From Paramecium tetraurelia (lineage: Eukaryota): DNA of 40,181 nt. The translations under genes and the position numbers were made by a program. This document shows, one piece after another, positions 1 through 11,106 of the stretch. Position 1 is the first letter of the stretch. Each line of letters opens with the position of its first letter. The DNA lies in contig CT868045.1 of the NCBI GenBank assembly GCA_000165425.1, forward strand, positions 186,001 to 226,181, written 5' to 3'. The notes beneath the pieces were generated by a model that had not been told where the DNA came from, did no database searches, and was given only the letters and a program-made list of their open reading frames with translations.

Positions 1-1
1 A

Positions 2-3000
2 TATACTGATGATTTATTTAGCAATGGAGAGATAAATGAATTTATTTGGAAGTAATAGAAATTGAGTCTATTGATTCATGGATAAGCTGGTTCAGGAAAG
101 AGTACAGCCGCTAGAAAGATAGAGGAATTCTTATGGTTACTATTTAAGAAGAATATGAACATAGCAGAGTCTATCCCTATTATTCCTATATTTGTATCTT
201 TGCCTTAATTGAAGGATCCAATATCTATGGCTATGGAAGAAACCCTAAAATCAGACAATTACAGATTCAATGAGAAATAGATCATCGAATTTAAAGAAGC
301 TATTGAATAGAACTAATTTAAAATAGTGATCATTATGGATAGTTATGATGAAATCAAATCAGAATTTACAAATAGAAATCTTATTCTCTCAAATAAATTG
401 TATAAATGGAGATGCCAATCAGATGAATTGAGATTTCCAAAAATAATTACAACGTCAAGATCAGAAATGTTCACTAATACTGACTATAGATCCTGGTTTT
501 TACCAGAATCTGAAAATCTATATTTGTATAAAGAAATTAGATTGTTAAATTTTACTAGCGAATAAGTGAACTTATACATTGAATACCATACCATTTTTTC
601 AGTCAAAAAAATCATTAAAGATTTCTTTTTTAATAATAAGGATAATTCCGGATTTTTTGCATTCGAAGAATTATTTAATGAAATAATTAAAGTTATCAAT
701 GACAAAGAATAAGAAGATGATAAAAAGGATTAATAATTCTTATTAACTAAAAATTAGATTGAACGAATCTTATCTCTGTGTGAGAGTTTTGTCAGTGGAG
801 ACATAGCAATAGCGATGAAATAATCTTTAGAGGAAGTTTGGTGTAAAGAATATTATATCAAAAATATAAAACAAATGGATATAGGTTCCTTGTTAGAAAC
901 ACCATTTATGATTGAAATTGTAGCATCTGTTTTACCTCAAATGATTAAGCATAGATAAGAATTAAATACTTTGAAGGAATCATTTATGAAAAAGCTTTCC
1001 TAATAGGATGAAGTGTCTAAAGAGTAATTGTCAAAAGAATGGTCTAAGATAATTAGCAATGAAAAGTTCTTAGAAGAATATCTAAAGGTCTCAAATGATA
1101 CTGAAAGAGATCTAATTATCTCAGAATTTTTTGGGAAACCTGATAATTCTACAATTGTTCAAGATGCTCTTAAATTAGATCCTCTTTGTTCATATGATTT
1201 TTACGATTAATTTTTTGCTTAGTATTTTAAGAGATAAATAAATAAACTTAGAGAATCTGGGGAATCCTTAGTTTACATTTCAAATTTATCTGATCTTTGG
1301 GAATTCACACACAGATTAGCAAATGATATGACGTTAGATTCATTAAGCTAAGTACAATACATACCACGCATATTCTTATTCCAAAAAAATAGAGATGCTG
1401 ATTGGAGAGATGTTTATTTCAATGATGAATAAGAATAAGGTTAAATTAAAAAGTTATTTAGAAAGATAATGCCAATAAGATAAAAATATGGAATATACTC
1501 CTTCAATCATAAATCCTTATAGGAATTTTTAGTGGCCAAGTGGTTAATTCAATCATTAGAATAATTTAATTTTAATTTATCTGAAGAGTAAATTGATGGC
1601 TAACTCGATGATTTATGTGTTCATAACTTATCTAAGGATTTCATGAATGGCGTTGTAAGGTTTATGGTTGATAAATTAAATCAAAATTAGTATTTGCAAA
1701 AGAAATTATTTGAAATTGTCCTTCTAACTAAAAATAAATAACCAAATGATTAATATAAAGAACTAGATTCAATTAAGATAAGTTAGAATATCAAACTAAA
1801 GAGAGCTTAAACTCAACTTATGGCCTAGCTAAAGGTTTCGCAAGCCTAATACTCAGACAAAGAAAAAACTTAAAGGGTCATCCAAGCAAGTTCTAATAGT
1901 TTATATCTTCTTCATTTATTAAAGTATCCATTTACTGAAGATCTGAGTTCAATTAAAATTAATGAAACTGATTTGCTCAACAGTAACTTCTTTGGAGCAA
2001 ATTTATCTTTATCAGAATTTAGTAAAGTAAATATCTCTTAGAGTAATTTCAATTTTGCACAGCTTGATTCTGTTTAATGGCAAGACATCTTAATTGATGA
2101 ACTACCTAGCATTGAAACTTAGATTTAGAATTTAGGTTTGGATATTCATTTTATTTATATAAAAACAGAAGACCTATTGATGTTTAAAAATAAAGATGTA
2201 ATAAAATGGTTCAATTATAAGAATTAGACAACGGCTAAAGCCAAAAACTGTTCTGAATTTATAAATCTTAATCTAAAATATATTTTGATCTCTAAAGATT
2301 AATCAAAAATAGCTTTGTTTTATAATGATTCATTTACTTTGATTTCTAAGAGCAACTCTAAAATTAATTTCCCTGAAGGATTTTAATTTGAAAAAGCCTA
2401 TTTTACAATTAAAGATGAACTAATTATTGGATCAAAAAATGAAATAATAAAATTAAAAACAGATGTTTAAGATTAGGAAATTGTAATAACTGATAATAAT
2501 AAAATAAAATTGGATAAAATACAAATTAGTAATATGATTTAAATTGCAAGCTATGATAATTATATTATTATTATAAAAGATAAGGAAATGGTCTTCATTA
2601 AAGAGAAGGAAAATCAATATATCTTCTTTACACTCTTGATATAATGTTCGCATCCTGAATGTAGAAATAAACCATTTGATGAAAATAAGTAAGAAGAGGA
2701 GATTCCATCACAATGTACATAAATAGAATAATTCATTAGTATTTAGATTAGTGATAATTAGAATTTCTTATTAATAGGATTTAAAATAAACATTAATTCT
2801 TAAGGGTTTTTAGTAATTGAAAAATAAAATTTAATAGAGAAACATTAGATTGATAATTAAGAACCTAACAAATAAAAATAATATATTATTACTTCTAAAT
2901 ATATTCAATTGGATTTGAAATAGGAGAAAAATTTAAAATTATTTTTCGTTGATGATGATAAATATATCTTATCATTTTCTGGTAATAAAACTACCTTTAT

Positions 3001-5372
3001 GAGATTATGGAATTATAAGGAGAAAAAGATACTGTCTTGTACTATATTTAACAGTGAAATTCTTTGTGTAACCAAAATAACAAACATATTAATAGCTACT
3101 TTGAATAAAGAATCCATAATCTAAATATGGGATCTTTAAGCATTAATCTAATAATAAAACACAAATCCAAAACCTACTATTACATGTTGCATTTTTTCAA
3201 ATAATAATAACATTATCTCTGGAAACGATGAAGGAATTATATAAATTTGGGATGGAAAAAGAGGAACCAAAATTGGAAAAGACTTATAATATCTTAAAGC
3301 ATCAGTAACCTCTTTAGTGACATATTTTGATCAATACGAAATTTTGATATCTGGGGATGAAAAAGGAAATATCGCTTTTTGGAACCTTTTCAAACATTAA
3401 TTCATACATTCTATTTTTATAATTAGTCCTATTAAATCATTGAATATGATGGAATTTAGCAAAGGCAAATTTTAATTAATCACACATAGTTAACATTATC
3501 ATTATCTACAGTTATGGGCATAAAATTATTAATCTTATTAATTATTTTGTGATCAGCAAAGTAATATCGAAATAGATCAAATGAATTTACAAAAAATAAT
3601 TCAAATGTTATAGGACAAATCAATAAGAAAATCTGCAAAAAAATTTTCTACTTCTTATGTTGGCAAGGAATGTTCTGCATTTGCAATAGGCAAATACACA
3701 AATTATTTTTATTTTGCAGAACCATAATTAAATGGATAAAAATAAGTAATTAAAATTACAATTTATCATGAAGAGTTTAAAGAACTTAAAGATTCCGATA
3801 CAGTTTAAGGACAACTTATTACAAATGGAAATTTACAATTAACTTTTGAAAAGGAAGATAGCTCAGAAGTTGTATCAATAATCAAAGAGCTCAATTAATA
3901 AAAATTTTTGGTAGCAACTCAAACCTATATATTTATCATAAAATTTGAAAAATTCTATATTGAAAATAAATTTAATTACAAAGAGGTTGGAAATATTCTA
4001 GATGTTTAAATTGATGAAGATTTATTATTTTGTTGTGGAAATAATGTTGTAATTACAAATATTAGATCTGGAAAGAATATACCTTGTTCAATAAAAGCAA
4101 CAAACCAAAATGAATAACAAATAGAAATGGTAGGAGAATAAGATCTATTTTGTACTCTACTCTATTATCGAAAGAAAAATACTTTATTTGTAGGCATGAC
4201 AAATGGTAAACTAATTGAATATGATTTATTATAGTGTAAATCTTAAGTCCATAATTGTCATACAGAATAAATAATATACTTATAAATTCATTCAAAGTAA
4301 ACATAAAATGGTTTACAGGATATCTTAGTAACTGCAGGTTAAGATTCCTTCATTAATTTTTGGCCTGTAACCATTTAAGACTTAAAATAATGGAAGCCTT
4401 TTGATTAAATATAACTTCGATTGGAAGAATAACAAATGAAATAAGCTTTTGGTACTTTGAGTAAGAGAACTACTTTATTTGTTGTTAAAAAGTGGTTTTT
4501 ATCTTGTTGCTTATTTCTAAGACCTCTTATGTTATTACAGAATTTCTGATTATCATTCAACAGGTTAATATCATTATAACAATAAGAAATAAGCCTTTTA
4601 CTAGCTTAATTTTAAATAAACTGACCCTTAACAATATTAGCTGTCTAAAACTATGGTATTATAGGAAGCAATAAAGGCTCATTACTAAGAAAATAGTATT
4701 TATAAAGCTGAATTTGTTCTTCTTGACCGTAATAGATCATAAATTATCACTGCTGATAATGACGCAAACATTCTTTTTTGGAATCTTAATGGAGAGCATT
4801 CAAATTAAATTCAACCTTTCAAAAATATCGAAGCAACTTAAGTTTATGTTAATTTATCTAATAAATTTAATTAACTTATATGCTATTGTTATCACTCTGA
4901 CTCTCACTCTCACTCTAATGAGAATTTAATTAGAATTATTCTTTTAGATGATTTAGAAAAACAAATCTCTTATAAAATAAACCTAGGTATTGGTCAACCA
5001 AAAGTAAAATAAATTCAATTTTTAAGTCAAGACTTAATTTTGATTTTAACAGATAGTCTATATAACAATATAATTACATATTTATTTGGAGAAATAAACA
5101 ACAAATAAGAAATTCAAGATCGATCAGGTAAATCAAATGGAACAGCAGTATTGATACTAGATTAAGGATAAACTTAAGAAAGTATCTTTTTAACTTATGG
5201 ATAATTTAATCAACTTACTTCTTACCACAAAATTAACGACAATTATGCTCCAAAATTCAGATTTGGTGAAGGTATCAAAAGGTTTTCTTGTTGTCATGCC
5301 AATATTAGTAATTCTAAGTTTATTTCTAAGCATGGAATAGATTTAAGCAAAATATTTTCATAAAAGGGTTGA
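2..5372 (+). CDS. NACHT/STAND P-loop NTPase with pentapeptide repeats and C-terminal WD40 repeats (5' end lies outside the window)
   Basis: Code 6, frame 2 from base 2: Walker A LLIHGQAGSGKST (~nt 67-106), Walker B IVIIMDSYDE (~323-352), LLETPFMIEIV, winged-helix motif FNHKSLQEFLVAKW (~1502), pentapeptides DLSSIKINETDLLNSNFFGANLSLSEFSKVNISQSNFNFAQL (~1940-2065), WD repeats (IISGNDEGIIQIWD, ISGDEKGNIAFWN, VTAGQDSFINFW, ITADNDANILFWN). The reading switches from frame 2 to frame 3 at ~4450-4546. Stop TGA 5370-5372. Confidence 0.9.
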
Positions 5373-5924
5373 ATGAATATTAATGTATTTATTAAAAGAC
5401 TTTTTATTTATCATAAATTTTAACAAATAAAAATATGATCCTTTTCGGAATAATAAAGTTAATAAATGCAATTTTATTCATTCTTTTACAATATCATATA
5501 ATTTTATTTTATTTTCAACATAATAATAAATTTTAAATTTTTCTCCAAAGGCCTGTTGAATCGAAAAGTTTAACAAATATATAAACAATATCTAATTCTG
5601 GCGCGATTTGATATAAGTTTGCCATTTTTAATCTAATTAACTATATGAAGGTAAGAAGGAAATAAAGTATTAAATTCAATCCTATTAATAAATTATTATT
5701 CATATAGAGATGGTTAACGATAGCGCTATTATATTTCAACTTATTTTCGTATTCAACTTCATTATAAATAAAAAATCAATCCATCAACAAATTCTTTTCT
5801 AAGTATATAAAATAAGAGTGCAACTAATTTAATTTTATTTTTTTTCTATCATCTAGATAAATTATAGCAATCAATTTATTCATTGATCAACAATCAAAGG
5901 TATAAAGATTATTTATTTCAATAG

Positions 5925-6885
5925 TAGCAGTGTTGATTTAAAGGAAATACAAAAGCAAATCTAAAATTTATGAAAACCTAAGTATTCTTTCCTATGTTAT
6001 ATTATCATAATTTCTAAATATTTAGAGTGTAAGGAAATATTACAATTGGATATTTCTGTTTATCTTTCATGTAAAATGAATTATGATGAAATTATTGCAA
6101 GGATGCTAACAAAGATTGATGAAGGAAAAATTGATTAGACGAATTAAATATAACAAATTAATTTTCTAATAAAAGGAATTCTCTTGATTTAATGAGATAA
6201 TCGCCTAAAACTAAGCAACAGTATGATAAATGATGAATCAAATTAACGAATAATATATATTAAAAAGTTGATGTTAAAATAAATTATAGTCTAACTAATA
6301 ATAAGTCCACTCTATATAAATTAAAGGTTTCTTAAAAAATTCAAATTTGCAATATAATTTAAAAAACAAGAAAATAGGACTAAAGGAATTAATTAATAAA
6401 ATAAATAAATATTAATAATTTATTACATTACTTTTATCTGTAAAAATATATATACTATAATCAAAAAAATTATTCTTTATTTATTTTATGAATTTGATTA
6501 CTAAAATTTATGTTAGTTAATAACTGCAAGAACTTATTAGCCCAATTAATATAATTTATTTAATTAAATTACTTTAAATTGTTATTAATCCATGAAATAA
6601 AAAGTAAATGAATTTATTACTTAACTTAAATTTTTGCAAATAATGAATATTTCCATATATTGTTGCATTATAATCCAAAACAATACCAATCGAATTTATG
6701 GTATTATCCATTCGATTTTTATCTAATATGCAATATCAGCTATGTCAATGGATCTTATAATTCCCTCATAAATTCATACATCAATTGAACTCATTAAATT
6801 TCATACATTTTTCATTTTTTCTTAAAAGACAATAAATATATGAATGAAAATTATAAATAAAACTAGGAAAATAAAATTGGTTTGA
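5925..6885 (+). pseudogene. Possible decayed 5' portion of the downstream helical gene (same frame, interrupted by TGAs)
   Basis: Frame 1 continues into the 6886-8742 ORF but has in-frame TGAs at 5971, 6193, 6841 and 6883. An intron-like GTATAAAG...CAATAG sits at 5900-5924. Confidence 0.35.
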
Positions 6886-8742
6886 ATTAATTGGTCATAT
6901 AATGAAGAAGTAAAATAGGATTTGAAAAATAATTTAATGAAAAAAATAGAGGCTAAGCAGTGTTGTAAACAAGCAAGGTTTCATAAATTGTTAGATGTTG
7001 AAAGTGTAAAGGATCAAATGCTTGTTTCTTATTAATAGGATTTCCAATTATTGAAACATTTTTTCTCAAACTTTGATCCTGACTATGTCGAATACTTAAA
7101 GGACATATACTCAACAAGTTTTGATGCAATTTACAATACACAGGAAATATTAAAAATAGTTTAGAGCAGACTTAAACACGGAGAGAAAACACTAAAATAG
7201 AGTATCAGAAAGAATTTAATTTAATTGTTATAATTAGAATAGCCAGTTCCAGCATTAGTGTTCTTTTTAAAAATTACACCAACATCATTTGAAATTCATT
7301 ACAAAGAAGATCTGTTATTAATACTTGATACAATGCTTTAGAAATTTAATTTTGATTTAAGATCTGAGATTTACAAAAGTTTGTATGATGCTCTAATAGA
7401 AACTACGGATGAAGAAATTATATTACTTAGTATAAAGCTATTAAATTCAAAATTTGATTTTACTAATCAATTCAATTAGAAGCAATTTGATATACTAGAT
7501 TAAATTCACAGTTAGATTAGTTTAATTAACTTGCAAGAATCGAAGGATATTATAATATAATTGGTAAGGCATTTCAAAGAATTTCATGAAAAATTAAAAT
7601 ACAAAAGAGAAAGTCTTGATTAAGTTAAGTCAGAGAAATTTCCTTAATTTGTTTTGAAAGTAGTGCTTATGTTATTAAAAGAACAAGAAATAGTAATCCC
7701 AGAATTACTTACCTTTTTATTCTTTAAAGACACACCCGATAAGAAGAAATGTATTGCTATAAAGTCATAAGTTAAAGAAATTTAGAAAATGTTTGAAATA
7801 CCAAGAATGAAAACTTGTTTGAATTTATTAAAGATTGATGACAGTATTTTTTCAAAAGGAGCAATAGGTTATGAGTAAGTTTACTCTATTTGCTAAAAAG
7901 AATATCCAATATTTCTGAGTTTGAAATTGAATGGAGCTCTAATCCAATATATTGAATTTCTTCATTCAATGACTCATGTAAACACAGATTAATTCATATA
8001 AGTCTTTCATAATACTGCATTTGAAGACTTCTTAACGTCAATATGGAATATTTGTGGTAAAGAAATCTAATAATTATTGTAAAATATCTTAATAGAGGAT
8101 TTAGAATATGCTAAATATGGTTCAAACATTCTAAGGATTGGCACATTTTTATATAGAATCAAATTCAAACTAGAAAAAAAGATTATAAATAACATAGAAA
8201 GAGGTGGAGATTTAGAAGAATAATCAATAGAAAGAAGAGCAGATAGTATGAATCCACTTTTTAAAACATTTATCACCTATTTAGTATCAAAATAAATACC
8301 CTTTCCATTATTACTCAAAACATTGAAAATGGATTACTATAACTTAAAAATTGGATATAGAATAACTGATATGAGAGAATTAGTAGTTGATCCTAAATTT
8401 AAAAGTTATATGAAATAATATCATGGAGTAATTTGCAATAAATAGGATCCTGATGAAAATTTAGATCATATAATTACAAGATAATATCCAATAAAAGCAA
8501 ATAATAATGGAAAGAAATATGAATTGAATTGGCCAAGATTAATTAAGAAATAAGTTAAATTAATTTTTGAGAATAGAGAATTAGTACAATAATAACTAAT
8601 AGAAATTCATTAGAACTAGAATTTTATGAAGGTTTATAATGAATTAATTAAAATAAATGATAATAATAAAAAGAAAATGTAAACTAAAGAAATATTAATA
8701 GAATTGGTTGCATATATTAAATCCATTCAAAACCAATAATGA
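6886..8742 (+). CDS. Uncharacterised alpha-helical protein ('gene X'); start uncertain
   Basis: Code-6 frame 1 is open for ~618 codons to TGA 8740-8742 (first ATG 6937). The sequence is E/K/Q/L-rich with no recognisable motif. Its last 342 nt lie inside the left inverted-repeat arm. Confidence 0.7.
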
Positions 8743-8802
8743 TTCATTATTTTATTTATTATATACATAATAGTAAATTATTATACAAAATTATATAAGT
8801 AA

Positions 8803-9578
8803 TCAAATAGGTTATTCATACTTAGGAAACTTTATATATAATAATTATAAATTACATGGTAATCATCTAAACAGGTTTAATCTGTAGTATATGTCTATTT
8901 GATTCCTCCTTTAAATTATGGGTCTTTGATTTACACTTGAACACCACTAACTAAGATATAAATGGATTTTATTTTGAAAGGTATTTATCTAATAGATGTA
9001 GTTTGATTTCCTTAACAAACCCTCCATAATTGTCCCTAATAATTACATTCACTATAAAAATCTATACAGTGATTAATAAGTTATAATTTGATATCTCTAA
9101 TTCCCCATGATTCTAATATTAGAATGTTTAGTTTACCTATATCGTCAGCTTATAAATTATCAACTAATGAAAAGGTAATATAGTTTTATCCTTATGGTAA
9201 CTAATAGAAATACGATCTATAATCCAATAAATCTGGGTATAGATTTTAACACACATTAATTCCCTCAAAAGGTCCATGAGTAATTCTATCAATTTCTTAG
9301 CCATCTTTATAAATAAAAACCGATTCGTAGTCCCAACTATCGAATTTAGCCAAAGTGAATGATAATTTCATTAATTTTTGTGATGGACTCCAAAATGTTT
9401 TGGTAATTCTATGTCCTCCTGTAAATGCACCAATATAATTTATTCCTTAACATTCAGTCACATAATTGCCATTAGTCCAACCATTATTAATACATTCACT
9501 TCCAGTAGGTTCTACACAACCCTTATAAATTAAAAGAGGCTCTATAAATAAGATTTTTATAAAGGAAATCATTGTCAT
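8803..9578 (-). CDS. Copy 1: DSWD...SWGI domain plus C-terminal beta/gamma-crystallin-like domain protein
   Basis: Reverse-complement copy of 25215-25990, with the same two introns. Confidence 0.75.
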
Positions 9579-10090
9579 CTCAAAAATTTATATCAACTTT
9601 TATTTATAAATAGATCATTTTGAAAAATAAATATATATTAGATGTAAAAAATATAAAAATTTATTCCCAATATTTTATGAAACTATAAATGTAGATTCTA
9701 AAATAATAAGGTTTTGAATAATATCTATGGATTTAAATTATTTATATGATTTTATTGAATACATTCATCATTTGAAGTACATGTACTTAATTTATATAAA
9801 TTTTGGATCAAATGATTTTCATTAGAAGAATAGTAGCAATATTTTACTTAAGTCTAATAAATAATGAAATTAATAGAGAATGGTTGAATATCAATTATTT
9901 AAGAATAAATTATATTCTCTTCTAAATTAGAATATCCAAGTTTAAATTTAGATTCTAAAACTGTTAATTTATTATTATTGATAATAAAATTACTGATTTA
10001 TCAAAAAATTGATAGAACAAATTATTGAATATATATATCTATTTAAATAATAAATGTTATTATTTAGATGTTTTATTTATTATTTTAAGT

Positions 10091-10681
10091 TCAATGTAAA
10101 CTTTTAAGGTAGCGTACTTCTTAGATTAGAAAATGATCAAGTTGGTTGTTACTAAAACTCATCCTAAAATGATAAAACTTATTTCATATTATGGTGATGA
10201 CCAAGTTGGATTAAGATTAAGTGCATTATTTAGGCAAATAATAGCATCTACATAGTTTTTGGTCTTAATTAATGAACAGCCTTTATAATAATAGAACATA
10301 TATATCAACCTTTATTGTAATGACCAAATGGATTATTAGGATCAGATTAAATCGCTTTCTCAAAACAAATGAATGCTTCTTCATATTTTTTCAATTGTTT
10401 CAGTGCTACTCCTTTATTATTAAATGATCCTTTTATTTATTTAAAATATTATATTGAATCTTTAAATATTAAATATCTTGAGATGTTATCTATTTATATT
10501 ATTATTAATTTAAATTAGATACTATTCATATATTAATAATCTCTGCATTAATTAACTTTTTAATGATCTTTTAATTATTATTCATCAAAGTAACAATCTT
10601 ATTCTTAACATTCTAAATTTAAACACATTCCTATCATTTTACTATCTATTCCTATTAATTAATCATATTAATAAATTTCAT
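10091..10681 (-). pseudogene. Internally deleted copy of the TPR gene at 23102-24702
   Basis: Aligns to the TPR gene from ATG to TGA but lacks blocks of 25, 40, 61, 819 and 66 nt, and has substitutions and a 1-nt insertion. It retains introns, so it is a DNA-level duplicate and not a retrocopy. Confidence 0.9.
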
Positions 10682-11106
10682 TACAAATTAATTCACAATT
10701 TATATTTAATATCTTTCTCAGAAATAATCAAAAAGATAATCTTAAGGTGTATATAAAAATGATTACTTTATCAACAGATAATATAGAGAATATATTTTGT
10801 TATTATTTGCTATATTATTAATAATATAGGTATAGTTAACAAATAACTTGCGTTATGAGTATAATTTAATTTCATTTTAGATGAATTAATTTAAAAGTTA
10901 TCATCTGTTTTGAAATTAGTAATGAATAAGTTTGGAGGATGGAATCTTTTGTTAAAATGTTTATTATGCATTAAATGAACTGTTTTAATGGCTACACAAA
11001 AAATTCAGTTTAAAACCTAAAGATTGAGGATTTCTTTTGGTTATTAATTATTCAATTCGTTTTACTTTTTTGTAAAATTTATTAATTAATACTATATAAG
11101 AAATTT

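Larger units (their letters stand above)
8401..10735. repeat. Left arm of long inverted repeat
   Basis: Reverse complement of 23048-26392. For 8401-10104, position x pairs with 34793-x with no net indel and no mismatch in the lines compared. 10105-10735 is diverged and carries five deletions. Confidence 0.97.

Noticed and set aside
4893..4916. CACTCT microsatellite (HSDSHSHS) as a possible contingency repeat
   Set aside because: Only four imperfect in-frame hexamers, so it cannot shift the frame and is unremarkable.
10091..10681. Processed (retro) pseudogene of the TPR gene
   Set aside because: Intron sequence is retained and the deletion ends do not match splice sites.
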